Virus record (IMG/VR): IMGVR_UViG_3300044627_003356
Reading direction: 5' to 3' (one strand)
Length of the DNA: 64,000 nt
DNA from: a virus
The translations under genes were made by a program, and so were the position numbers. This document shows positions 37,562-47,342 of this stretch, in pieces (position 1 is the stretch's first letter; each line of letters starts with the position of its first letter). The notes under the pieces were generated by a model. That model searched no databases and was not told where the DNA came from. It saw only the letters and a program-made list of their open reading frames with translations.

Positions 37562-38352
37562 TCATTAAATTCCTTAAAAGCAACAAACCAGTCATTACTA
37601 GAAACTTTGTGTAGTTCAAACAATTCTGGTTTCTGTAGATATGACATCAACAGTAATGTCTGGTCATCATCTATTAAATTATTTTTAATTAACTCACCAA
37701 CATTATGGTGAACTAATTGTTCCAATATGGGCCACATATCTTTACCTGCAACAATACATGGTCCAGTAACATGAACATCATTGTTGAAAATTACATCTTC
37801 AATATATATTCCTTCTTGCCAATCTTTTAAATTAAAGAAATGAATTTTATCTTTATCAAAAGGATATTGCCATTTCTTTACATTATTACGAGTAGATTCT
37901 TCACGGCAATAACCAAAATCTAACCAAGCAACCAAATCTGTTTTTATTAAGTTTGTTTGCATGGCTTTCGTAACGAAAGAAGATTTTAGTAAATTGACGA
38001 GAACGTAGTCAGCATTCCAATATTCTGGATTTTTTACTTGAATGGGATTTATTTTGGCTTGATATTGTGGGTCTTTTTGTACCTTAGTAATTTCTTCTCT
38101 AAGTTTTTCAAAACTATTAGGAAAATCAATCGCTAGAATTTCTGTTGGTCTATCTTGTCTTATGAACTTTATATCATTTATAAATTCTTTTGATGTAAAG
38201 ACGACCATTGGGTTGTCAAGTTTGGCCATATGACTAAACCTGTCAAAATAAGTTTTATTGGTTCTGTGTAGATAATGGGGCAAACCTTTATCTGGTGTCC
38301 AATCACCACGACCAATGTCAAAGAAAGCGGTAACTATTGTAATGTCATTCAT
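37558..38352 (-). CDS. HtrL/WlaTC-family glycosyltransferase
   Basis: TIVTAFFDIGR, WLDFG, DDDQ motifs. Confidence 0.85.
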   Translation of the reverse strand: MNDITIVTAFFDIGRGDWTPDKGLPHYLHRTNKTYFDRFSHMAKLDNPMVVFTSKEFINDIKFIRQDRPTEILAIDFPNSFEKLREEITKVQKDPQYQAKINPIQVKNPEYWNADYVLVNLLKSSFVTKAMQTNLIKTDLVAWLDFGYCREESTRNNVKKWQYPFDKDKIHFFNLKDWQEGIYIEDVIFNNDVHVTGPCIVAGKDMWPILEQLVHHNVGELIKNNLIDDDQTLLLMSYLQKPELFELHKVSSNDWFVAFKEFNE

Positions 38353-38918
38353 ATTTTTCTTGCTACAAATAAAATACTATTATACTCTTTTTTTGTATTA
38401 ATGTCAAGTGTTGCATATTGAAAATCTGAGGTTAACTTTTTACTATACTCTATACCATAAGATATATTTTCCACATCTTCAATAATTAAAACACCACTTC
38501 GGTTTAATTTATTTACATATAAATCTAAAAACTGTAAATGACTTTCTTTTGTGTGTGGGCCGTCATCAATAATTATATCAAAATTTGGCAATGCATTTAC
38601 CAAATCAGGATTATAACCACTCGCTTCATACAATTTTATTCTATTATTGCCTGCGGTAGAACTTTTACATCGTTTAAATCTTGCATCTTGGCCACTATCA
38701 ACACCATATATTGTTGCATGAGGAAAATAATCTGACCATAATAACAAACTACCACCAGAAGCACAACCAATTTCTAAAATATTAATTTGTTTGTTTTTAT
38801 ATTTCTCAAATTCAAAGGTATAGAATTTACTTATATATTCATGACTAGGATGTTCTTTGTCTGTGTCCAAATACCTAGGCCGATTTTCTTCATACTGTGT
38901 TAAAAGTGAGTACATCAT
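38349..38918 (-). CDS. class I SAM-dependent methyltransferase
   Basis: TDK, ILEIG, FDIIIDDGPH, GVLIIED. Confidence 0.85.
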   Translation of the reverse strand: MMYSLLTQYEENRPRYLDTDKEHPSHEYISKFYTFEFEKYKNKQINILEIGCASGGSLLLWSDYFPHATIYGVDSGQDARFKRCKSSTAGNNRIKLYEASGYNPDLVNALPNFDIIIDDGPHTKESHLQFLDLYVNKLNRSGVLIIEDVENISYGIEYSKKLTSDFQYATLDINTKKEYNSILFVARKI

Positions 38919-39648
38919 TATTCTCCGGCCAATAATATTTTTTATAATTATTGATTATTTCAATATGTTCTGGTTGTTCTTCCACAAACTTATCAAAATT
39001 AAATCCTTTTTGGTGATGGTGTGTATCTGTCAAATACGGATTAACACTATAATCTTTTCCACACAACATATAGTAAACTACCATGTAACAATCCATGAAA
39101 CCTAGTGGATTATATTGTTGTTGAAAAGTATTGTGATTCTTTTTAAACCAATCAATTACTCGGTCATAATTTTCTAAAAAGGTAGAAACTTTAAAAATTG
39201 AACCTCCACCACAACCATATTGATTCGTCAAAGGTCGTTTACCAGAGAACTCTGTAATGCTATCAATGATGTTGTCGGGAATAATATTACCAACTTTAAT
39301 ATTCCATCCGGCCATTTCCCAATCATCTTTCACAGTAATAGGAGATTTTTTAATCCAAACATCATCTTCAACCATCATTATATGAGATGTGTAAGTCTGT
39401 TCACAGGCAAATTTAAATCTTTCAAACCAAACCAATACCTTTTCTAAATTATAACTTGGATAACCAAGTTTATCTTCAAAGTATTGATAACGACAATTAA
39501 ATTTTTGCGCAATATCAGATAAATCATCTGCACAATCTGAACCTAAAAAATAGTAATCAAAATGATGTTTACGGATATTCTCTACAATTTTTTCGGTTGA
39601 TACTTTTTTACCAGCAGAAGCCAAATGAAGAAATGATATAGAAGCCAT
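38890..39648 (-). CDS. putative glycosyltransferase (GT-A fold)
   Basis: MVEDDVW DxD-like motif; cluster context. Confidence 0.6.
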   Translation of the reverse strand: MASISFLHLASAGKKVSTEKIVENIRKHHFDYYFLGSDCADDLSDIAQKFNCRYQYFEDKLGYPSYNLEKVLVWFERFKFACEQTYTSHIMMVEDDVWIKKSPITVKDDWEMAGWNIKVGNIIPDNIIDSITEFSGKRPLTNQYGCGGGSIFKVSTFLENYDRVIDWFKKNHNTFQQQYNPLGFMDCYMVVYYMLCGKDYSVNPYLTDTHHHQKGFNFDKFVEEQPEHIEIINNYKKYYWPENNDVLTFNTV

Positions 39649-40649
39649 TACATTAATCTTTCAGACCAAGTTTTAGGAGTTTTATCGGTAATAATTTCTA
39701 ACGGATAAGCATAGTCAAATGGTTTAGGACCTTTTGCTTTAATATAATCAACTGTTTCTTGTATAGATTGTTGTAATGTTGTTTTGGTTTCATAGTTCAA
39801 TAACCAACGAGCCTTATCGGCAGAGCAATCTGCGTGTTTCACCTCTCTTGGCCTATCTGGCATATGAATTGCCTCACCGGTGAAACCTGTTGCATCTGCT
39901 ACTAATTTGGAAAGTTCTTTAATTGTAACTGTGCCATCATCAGGCCCAATATTAATAATCTGACTGACAACTTTAGGATCAAGTGCCATTTTTTCTAAAG
40001 AACCAACACAGTCATCAACATAAGAGAAACAACGGGTTTGTTGACCATCACCATAAATGATTGCAGGCAGGCCACGCAGATTACGATTAATCATAATGCT
40101 CATTACATTGCGGAATGGGTCATCATACTTTTGACGGGGACCAACAATATTGTGTGGCACAGCAATGTTCCATTCCATGCCGTGAGTTTCACAAAGAATC
40201 TTTAATACATCTTCACCAGCAACTTTAGCAACACCATATGGGTCAACTGGTTGTGGTGTCATATCTTCGGTGAAAGGATGGGGTTGATTACCATATCGTG
40301 CCATTGAAGTGCAATATACAAATCGTTTTACTTTATTTTGAATGGCTGCTGAGATTGTTGCAACAGAAGCCTCAAAAATATTTTTGGTAATAAAACTAGG
40401 ACTGAATACAGAAAGACCTTCATGTGCTGTGGCGGCAGTATGAATGACAACATCACATCCTTCCATAACGTAAGTCATTTTTTCTATATCGCAACAATCC
40501 ACAACATATAGTGTTGCTTTCTTAGGCACATTATCACGATAACCACCAATCAAAGTGTCGTTACCTACAACTTTATGGCCAAGTTCTAACATTCGATCAG
40601 CCAAATGACTGCCAAGAAAACCGGCTATTCCTGTAATAAAAATTTTCAT
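39648..40649 (-). CDS. NAD-dependent nucleotide-sugar epimerase/dehydratase
   Basis: ITGIAGFLGS Rossmann motif, YGVAK catalytic motif, GDGQQTRCF. Confidence 0.92.
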   Translation of the reverse strand: MKIFITGIAGFLGSHLADRMLELGHKVVGNDTLIGGYRDNVPKKATLYVVDCCDIEKMTYVMEGCDVVIHTAATAHEGLSVFSPSFITKNIFEASVATISAAIQNKVKRFVYCTSMARYGNQPHPFTEDMTPQPVDPYGVAKVAGEDVLKILCETHGMEWNIAVPHNIVGPRQKYDDPFRNVMSIMINRNLRGLPAIIYGDGQQTRCFSYVDDCVGSLEKMALDPKVVSQIINIGPDDGTVTIKELSKLVADATGFTGEAIHMPDRPREVKHADCSADKARWLLNYETKTTLQQSIQETVDYIKAKGPKPFDYAYPLEIITDKTPKTWSERLM

Positions 40650-41176
40650 ATTAATCTTTTTAAAATGGTTAATCCATTATTATTAGTTCTGCGTTCAACT
40701 AATTGCCACTCGGGATGAGAATCAATGAATTCTTGAACTGCTGGCCAAATACCTTTGCCACCAAATTCACCTTGGTCGGCAAATAATGTAGTATCGTGAA
40801 ATAAAAGATATTTACGAACTTTACCTGCGTGCAATTCTAATTCTTTTTGTACCTGTTCATAGATATGTAGACTATCCACCAGCATCAAATCGGTTTCTGC
40901 AATTTTAACTTTACGGGTATCATCAACATGAAGTGTTACATTACGGCCAGCATTTCTGGCTTCTTCAAAAAACTCACAAATACCTGGTAGAGGCATAAAT
41001 TCATAACTGTGTAGTTCAATATCGTGGCGTAGAAATGCACGAGTGCTTTGAGCCCAACCCACACCCAATTCTGTAACATGAGTGCATTGTGATGTCAGTT
41101 CAGATAATGTTGGTAAATGTTCGTGTATGTCCGTATCCCTCACACAGGCATCTTGATATTCTTTTTCAAAGTCCAT
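40646..41176 (-). CDS. class I SAM-dependent methyltransferase
   Basis: TELGV, LVDSLH, FHDT, NNGL motifs. Confidence 0.8.
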   Translation of the reverse strand: MDFEKEYQDACVRDTDIHEHLPTLSELTSQCTHVTELGVGWAQSTRAFLRHDIELHSYEFMPLPGICEFFEEARNAGRNVTLHVDDTRKVKIAETDLMLVDSLHIYEQVQKELELHAGKVRKYLLFHDTTLFADQGEFGGKGIWPAVQEFIDSHPEWQLVERRTNNNGLTILKRLI

Positions 41177-42024
41177 TATTTTGTCCTAAAAGTAATAAGT
41201 TCTTCTTGTTGATATTTTTGTTTGATGTGTTCTTTCCATGCAGGCACACGGTCATATTGATGCACGATTGCGAATGTTCTGCCTAATGATGTCTTAACAA
41301 TACCATCTTCAAACTTTGGTTCTGATTCTAACAGATGTGGCCTAAACGATTCAATTTTAGATGGGTCAACTGTTGTGCCAGCCTGACAAGCCCAACCATC
41401 TAATTGTTTGGCAAAGTAAGTTACATCTTTAAATGGTTGTGTTTGAATCAGAACATTATAGACCGCTTGGTCACAAATAGGAATAGGTCGGTTGATTGCA
41501 TTGAACAAAATGTTGAACATCATATCTTTTACATATTCAGACACACCACCGATTGTTCCTACATTGTATATCTCATTATTTTTAAATAATTCATGAACAT
41601 AAGGTCCATAGGCTTGCATGAGATTCTCATTACCCCATGGTTCGTCTTTGTATCTCATGCCTTCTGAACCGGCAACCAATTTTTTACCTTTGAGATTTAA
41701 TTCTAACCAAGTGATTGGATTTGTTTGAAAATAAACATCTTTAACATCTGTAGTCACCACATGATTATAATTCTGCCAAGTGTTTTTGAGAAAGTCGTAG
41801 ATGGTAAGAAAGCGAGCCACATGAACTGGTGCTTTAATATCATGCATCTTAATGATGATGAAATTTCGTTTGATTAATTCACCAATAGTTTCTTGTGAGG
41901 CATCACCCACAACCATGGCTTTATCGCCAGTAAAACCACATTCATCAATTGATTCAACCCAAGGTTTTAATTGATTGTAATTATAGTTTGTAAATGCACC
42001 GATTATTAGGCTTTTTTGCGCCAT
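41176..42024 (-). CDS. putative glycosyltransferase
   Basis: TDVKDVYFQ, NVGTIGG, DQAVYN, HQYDR motifs. Confidence 0.75.
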   Translation of the reverse strand: MAQKSLIIGAFTNYNYNQLKPWVESIDECGFTGDKAMVVGDASQETIGELIKRNFIIIKMHDIKAPVHVARFLTIYDFLKNTWQNYNHVVTTDVKDVYFQTNPITWLELNLKGKKLVAGSEGMRYKDEPWGNENLMQAYGPYVHELFKNNEIYNVGTIGGVSEYVKDMMFNILFNAINRPIPICDQAVYNVLIQTQPFKDVTYFAKQLDGWACQAGTTVDPSKIESFRPHLLESEPKFEDGIVKTSLGRTFAIVHQYDRVPAWKEHIKQKYQQEELITFRTK

Positions 42025-42719
42025 GGGTATTCTCCATTATATTTTTCATTCATTACTTTATTACCATTTTCAAAGAATTCTGCTGTGACAGAACCTTTAC
42101 CACCATCTACTCTATAACAGGTTGTATATTCACCTGTGCAATAGAATTTGGGAAAGTGTTTTGTGATTGCTTGTAAAAATACTCTATCTTGTCCCCAACC
42201 ACCATGCCAAACACTTGCAATTTTATTTGCTACTTCTGTTTTAATGAAGTAACAATTAGTATCTATATGATGAACCCCATGATATGTTGGCCAAATACCT
42301 AACGATTCACAGTCATCAAAGGAAACAAACTTACCTGCTTTATTATAAACTTGTCGTAAAGAATAACACCAATCTAAACTTCGTGTATTGATGGTTTTAA
42401 TACAATTTTCAACATGAGACCGATATAACCAATTGTCTTGGTCGAGATAGGCAACATATTGTGTATTGACTAGGTGTGTAAAAGCAGCATAGATACGGTG
42501 ACCATAAAATCCATTGGCACCGACATTGATTGGTAAAGCACAGATATGAACTCTCACATCATCTACAGCTGAACCCAATGCCTCTAATGTTTTGTCCATG
42601 TGTTCAACACCATCAACGACAACATAACATTCAGTAGGATAACTTTGGTTTAAAACGGATTCAACGGCAGTTTTTATCTCTGGCGAACCAGTAGTTGGTA
42701 TAATCACAGTAGCGGACAT
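42006..42719 (-). CDS. glycosyltransferase family 2
   Basis: VIIPT, SVLNQ, VVVDG, YLDQD motifs. Confidence 0.85.
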   Translation of the reverse strand: MSATVIIPTTGSPEIKTAVESVLNQSYPTECYVVVDGVEHMDKTLEALGSAVDDVRVHICALPINVGANGFYGHRIYAAFTHLVNTQYVAYLDQDNWLYRSHVENCIKTINTRSLDWCYSLRQVYNKAGKFVSFDDCESLGIWPTYHGVHHIDTNCYFIKTEVANKIASVWHGGWGQDRVFLQAITKHFPKFYCTGEYTTCYRVDGGKGSVTAEFFENGNKVMNEKYNGEYPWRKKA

Positions 42720-42722
42720 AAT

Positions 42723-43004
42723 TTAATCTCTAGTTAATTTCAATATTCTTTCAATTTGTTTTTCAATAATCGGTTTACGATTAGGCCAATATATGTATTC
42801 TTTCTCTCCAGTAGAATGTAATTTCTGAAGAAAAGGAATAATCATCTTTTCTACTTCAGCCAAACGAGTTTTATAATCGTCTGCTGTTTCGGCTGTCTTA
42901 TTAACGACAGCATTATATTCTGCTTCCGATACGGCAGAGAAACCAAAGTCATCTTCAACATTGGCATATTCTTTCATTACTCGGTCAAAGTCTACTAATC
43001 CCAT
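42723..43004 (-). CDS. conserved hypothetical protein
   Basis: DFGFSAV and YIYWPNR motifs. Confidence 0.75.
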   Translation of the reverse strand: MGLVDFDRVMKEYANVEDDFGFSAVSEAEYNAVVNKTAETADDYKTRLAEVEKMIIPFLQKLHSTGEKEYIYWPNRKPIIEKQIERILKLTRD

Positions 43005-43013
43005 ATTTTAACC

Positions 43014-44168
43014 TTAATATAATTTTCCAAAAGGACCAAATCCTTTACCACGTTTTTCAGCTAAAAAGAATAGGTCAGTTATAAAACCTTCTAGTTTTTT
43101 CTTAGGAAGAGCAACTAGTTCATCTAAAAATTTCATCTGCATCAATTTTGAATTTGCTGTACCATAATTATTTTCATCCATCATCATCTTTAAAATGTTT
43201 TCTGAGAATACTTTATCAGAATCAATTTGAGTTTCAACATTATTCTTTATTGAATTGAACATATCTTTATACTTTTTATCTTCTGTATTAAACTCAACAG
43301 TAGAAGATGGAAATTTATGCCAGTCATTTACAAAATCAATTTTATATTTTTTAGCTGCTTTCTCAACCAATTCTACTGGTGCTTTTCCTATTTGAGCGGA
43401 TCCTCCCGGCTCTTGAAATTCAAATATTAAATTGCCTGGTCGATAAGTTCTACCAGAAGTTCTAATAGTTAATGTATAATTGACTTTTTCTTTAGAATAT
43501 ACAACAATAAAAGAAATCCTAGTATCATTTGCTTTGAATGTGCCATCTTCTCTTAATTTTAAATCACATTTTATATTGTTTATAGTAAAATTTGGATTTT
43601 TACCGCTAACAAATAAAACACCATCTTTAATGTTTACTTCTTGATACCGAGCTTCAGGTACTCTTTTATCAACTAGTTTTAAAGATATTCCAACAACTTT
43701 TCTTTCTTTAAAAAGTGTTCTTAATGTAGCATTTAATTTTTCAATGTCATTACTATTTTCAACAGATTCTTTGATAATCTTAACAACTTCTCTTTCGTTT
43801 TGAATACACCAAACGTCAGCTGGATCCCAAGCGTCTTTTTTATTGATGCCATATTTTTGGTTCACTAATTTAGAAACGAAATCCATGAATCCTTCTTTGA
43901 CACTAAATTCTTTAAATTTAGCATCAGAGAACTCATCTAAAAATCTTTTTTGTTGTTTATAGAAACTATTAACCCATTCCAATGTAACAAAAGGATAAAG
44001 GCCTTTTTTGGAATTTGTTCCAATAATTTCTTTTTTAAATTTGGCATCATTTAAAATATCTTCTGCATTTTTGTATCGTTTATTATAATTTAAAGCTTGG
44101 TCAAAAATCCATGCAGAAGTTTTTTCTTGCATTTCTGTTAATTCTGTTGCTGTTGGTTTTGTGGCCAT
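43014..44168 (-). CDS. putative PD-(D/E)XK endonuclease-like protein
   Basis: early QE, WDPADVW and GISLK pattern; very AT-rich. Confidence 0.55.
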   Translation of the reverse strand: MATKPTATELTEMQEKTSAWIFDQALNYNKRYKNAEDILNDAKFKKEIIGTNSKKGLYPFVTLEWVNSFYKQQKRFLDEFSDAKFKEFSVKEGFMDFVSKLVNQKYGINKKDAWDPADVWCIQNEREVVKIIKESVENSNDIEKLNATLRTLFKERKVVGISLKLVDKRVPEARYQEVNIKDGVLFVSGKNPNFTINNIKCDLKLREDGTFKANDTRISFIVVYSKEKVNYTLTIRTSGRTYRPGNLIFEFQEPGGSAQIGKAPVELVEKAAKKYKIDFVNDWHKFPSSTVEFNTEDKKYKDMFNSIKNNVETQIDSDKVFSENILKMMMDENNYGTANSKLMQMKFLDELVALPKKKLEGFITDLFFLAEKRGKGFGPFGKLY

Positions 44169-44169
44169 T

Positions 44170-45279
44170 TTACCTAATGATTTGAATTTCTTTACCTGAA
44201 GTCCAGATTTCTAATTCTGTTCTTAATCTACCCTCAGATTTGAGAGTTTCGTATCTATTTATAGCTTTGCTCCGCCACCATTCAATGACATTGGATAACT
44301 CATGTTTCTCATAATTTTCACCAGGTAAAAGTTTATCTGTTTTACAATTCATATAATCAACAGTATTCTTAAATCCATAATCAGAAATATAATATCGTTT
44401 TTTTTCTGTCAACTTTTTGGCATTCTGAATCGTTAAAGAGAAATCATCTCCTTCAGGTGTTCCTTTTAATGCTGCTTTGGTGAGAGCAATAATTTTAGTA
44501 AATGTCCTGAGTTTTCTACTAGTTGTTGAAGTATCTCCACCCAACAAATCTCCAGTTATATCTTCCACATACTTTTTCAAATCTATATATCTTTGGCCGT
44601 GCATCATTGGTACAATATCAGATTCGGTCAAACCTTTAAAACGAATATATGGTTTCATACCATCATATTGTGATACTGATTTGGTACTTCCATATAAACT
44701 GGTAGTTTCAAATAAACAGATATTCATATCATATTTTTTATTACAGATTTCTCTTACAGTATGACTGGTACAAATGGCTGATAGAAGTTTACCGCCTAGG
44801 TAATTAAAACCAAATGGTTGAGATGGTACAATTACGAAACCCATAACACAAGCTGTATTGAACCGCTTGGCAGTATCTTCATTTTGAATCCAAACTTGTC
44901 CTAGGTAGTCGTTACGAGGTTTCATATAGATGACTGGTGAACCTAAACGAATGAATCCTAGAATCTTTCCTGAGTTTCTTTCTTTGACTGCCAATTGAAT
45001 ATTCTTACCAACTGGTGCTTTATTAATGTGTGAACTGGTAATGGCAAGTAATGGTTCCCAAACATCATTTGGTATTTCACATACTTCAATATCCATATCT
45101 TTTGGGTGCATTGTGAAATCGGAGAACAAATCATCTTCAATTGGAAATAAAGAAGATGGCATATCAGCCACATTCTTTAGTTTCTCATCACGCATGTATT
45201 CTTCGGTACTTCCAATGTTACTAAAGTAATCATGAAAGGCCTTAGCACAATACAAACCATTTTCTCTGGAGATTATCAT
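44170..45279 (-). CDS. DUF4338/DruA-like protein
   Basis: GFIRLGSP, PFGFNYLGGKLL, ETTSLYG, SQY motifs. Confidence 0.7.
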   Translation of the reverse strand: MIISRENGLYCAKAFHDYFSNIGSTEEYMRDEKLKNVADMPSSLFPIEDDLFSDFTMHPKDMDIEVCEIPNDVWEPLLAITSSHINKAPVGKNIQLAVKERNSGKILGFIRLGSPVIYMKPRNDYLGQVWIQNEDTAKRFNTACVMGFVIVPSQPFGFNYLGGKLLSAICTSHTVREICNKKYDMNICLFETTSLYGSTKSVSQYDGMKPYIRFKGLTESDIVPMMHGQRYIDLKKYVEDITGDLLGGDTSTTSRKLRTFTKIIALTKAALKGTPEGDDFSLTIQNAKKLTEKKRYYISDYGFKNTVDYMNCKTDKLLPGENYEKHELSNVIEWWRSKAINRYETLKSEGRLRTELEIWTSGKEIQIIR

Positions 45280-46667
45280 ACTTTAAATCCACTAAATGAT
45301 TTCTTTTGTTTTTCTTCTCTTGTACCAAATGTGTTTAGTGGCTTATCATGGCCAGCATCTGCGATACCCATCTGTGCAGCCTGCTCAACATCATATAATT
45401 TCATTTTGGCTCTATCAACACCAAGAGTAAATCGTTTATGAAATGTTGGATCATTATATCGATTCTTCAATTGTTTAACCATGATTTGACCAAGTTCTTC
45501 TAGTTCTTCAGAAGAAATTAAAGCAAACATCAAGTCTGCGGTGGCGGGAAGTCCGAACGACTCGCTCGTGTCCTCAAGTCCCGGATCACTGGAAGTAAAT
45601 CCTGAACGGGTAGTTTGTGTAGCAGATACAATAGGAACATTATACTCAACAGCAAGGCCTCGTAGTTCTTCTGCAATTGCTTTAACGTAGGTGTAGGAAT
45701 TAATATTCGCACCAGCTTTAATACGAGCAGAACAACAAATATTGAGATAGTCAACGAATATAATGTCAGGTACAAAAGACCTCTTGAGATTAAGTTCATT
45801 TAATAGTGTCCTAAAATGAATGGTTGATGCTGAAGCGGTTGGATATTCTTTGATAATAAGTTTGCCTGTGGTCTTTTCACGAACACGAGAAACTTTCTTA
45901 TCATACATATCTTTTGGTAGTTCAATCAAATCATCAATAGTAACATTCAACAGATTGGCATCGATTCGTTCTGCAATCTTTTCTTCACTCATTTCCAAAG
46001 TGATGTAAAGAACATTTTTACCTTGAACCATACACGAAGCAGCCACATGACACATAAAAAGAGATTTACCAACACCAGTCCCCGCCAAAGCAATATTGAG
46101 TGTTTTAGCTGGTAAACCACCTTTGGTGATTTTGTTGAAGTAGTCGAGGTCGAATGGGATTCGTTCTTCTTTTCTGTGATAGAATTCATATCGAGCATCC
46201 GAGTCCTGTAAATAATCGTGACCTACTGAGTTATCAAATGAAACGGCTAAGGCGTCTGATAATATCTTGGGAATCTGGCCCTTATCATGAGTTTTATCTT
46301 TGCCATCGAGAATTGAAATAGACCCCAATACTGCGTTGTAGATGGCTTTCTCTTGACAGAATTGTTCGGTTTTGTCAACAAGCCATTGAACCTCGGTTTC
46401 TGTAGACTTAATCTTCTCAATCTCTGATAGATAATTTTCGCATCTCTGAACTTCATCAGCTGTGAGATTTCTCTTTTCTTTGACGGCAATACTAAGTGCT
46501 TCAATCGTTGCCGTGTTATTGTAAGTCTCCGTGAATGATGTAATTTCATTAAATAAAGTTCTCTCTACACTATCACTAAAATATTCCGTCTTTAAAAATG
46601 GTAAAACTTTCCGTAGAAAGTCCTCATTATAAATCAGGTTTTTTAATATCGTCTGTTCCAGTTTCAT
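45276..46667 (-). CDS. gp41: T4-like replicative helicase
   Basis: AGTGVGKS Walker A, LEMSEE, VDYLN, SESFGLP, KQLKNRY. Confidence 0.97.
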   Translation of the reverse strand: MKLEQTILKNLIYNEDFLRKVLPFLKTEYFSDSVERTLFNEITSFTETYNNTATIEALSIAVKEKRNLTADEVQRCENYLSEIEKIKSTETEVQWLVDKTEQFCQEKAIYNAVLGSISILDGKDKTHDKGQIPKILSDALAVSFDNSVGHDYLQDSDARYEFYHRKEERIPFDLDYFNKITKGGLPAKTLNIALAGTGVGKSLFMCHVAASCMVQGKNVLYITLEMSEEKIAERIDANLLNVTIDDLIELPKDMYDKKVSRVREKTTGKLIIKEYPTASASTIHFRTLLNELNLKRSFVPDIIFVDYLNICCSARIKAGANINSYTYVKAIAEELRGLAVEYNVPIVSATQTTRSGFTSSDPGLEDTSESFGLPATADLMFALISSEELEELGQIMVKQLKNRYNDPTFHKRFTLGVDRAKMKLYDVEQAAQMGIADAGHDKPLNTFGTREEKQKKSFSGFKV

Positions 46668-46947
46668 CCACTATTTCCTGCTCAATATTATTTGACATCA
46701 ATTCAACAAGTAAATCACCTAGGTAATTTTTAAACTTGTCATCTTTTTCCAAATTCTTGGGTTTATCTACTGTAGATTCTAACACATCATAAGCAAAAAG
46801 TAAATACATTTGTTCATTTTCTTCTTTGAACTTTACCTTACCATATTTGAATACGGTATCTTTATATGGTCCTTGTAAGAACCTTATGTGTACCGCTGTT
46901 GAATCATCTTTAGGATAAATGAAACAATAATCTGTACCTTCAATCAT
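46627..46947 (-). CDS. conserved hypothetical protein (gp40 position)
   Basis: 106-aa ORF between uvsX and gp41. Confidence 0.65.
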   Translation of the reverse strand: MIEGTDYCFIYPKDDSTAVHIRFLQGPYKDTVFKYGKVKFKEENEQMYLLFAYDVLESTVDKPKNLEKDDKFKNYLGDLLVELMSNNIEQEIVDETGTDDIKKPDL

Positions 46948-47107
46948 ATAGAGACCTTAAAGATATTGATGATTCGAGATCCTCAGAACGGCCTTTATCT
47001 TCTTTTCTAGTAATCACTACACAAGACCCGTCCCAATCAGATTGTCCTCGGCCTTCCCAATGTTCTGGACCATCGTGATTTATTTTTTTGTATTGATTAT
47101 CAATCAT
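46940..47107 (-). CDS. hypothetical protein (55 aa)
   Basis: hand-translated MIDNQYKK...SLYD; GAGG RBS; overlaps both neighbours. Confidence 0.45.
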   Translation of the reverse strand: MIDNQYKKINHDGPEHWEGRGQSDWDGSCVVITRKEDKGRSEDLESSISLRSLYD

Positions 47108-47342
47108 TATTCACCTCAAATCTTTTTTCTTGTATGGTCTTTTCTTTCCATACTTTTCTAGGGTTACCACACATTACACATTCAGGATTACCACAGTCCA
47201 TTGCATGGTGTTTGGCAAATTTGTGTGGTTCATCTACCGGCATACCATGTGATTTGGCAATTTTAGTTTGTTTCTTAATTTGATTTTGAGTTTTTTGAAT
47301 ACGCTTAGAATGTTTTAATTTAGCATCTTCATTACTCATCAT
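47100..47342 (-). CDS. basic hypothetical protein with Cys cluster
   Basis: DCGNPECVMCGNPR motif. Confidence 0.7.
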   Translation of the reverse strand: MMSNEDAKLKHSKRIQKTQNQIKKQTKIAKSHGMPVDEPHKFAKHHAMDCGNPECVMCGNPRKVWKEKTIQEKRFEVNND

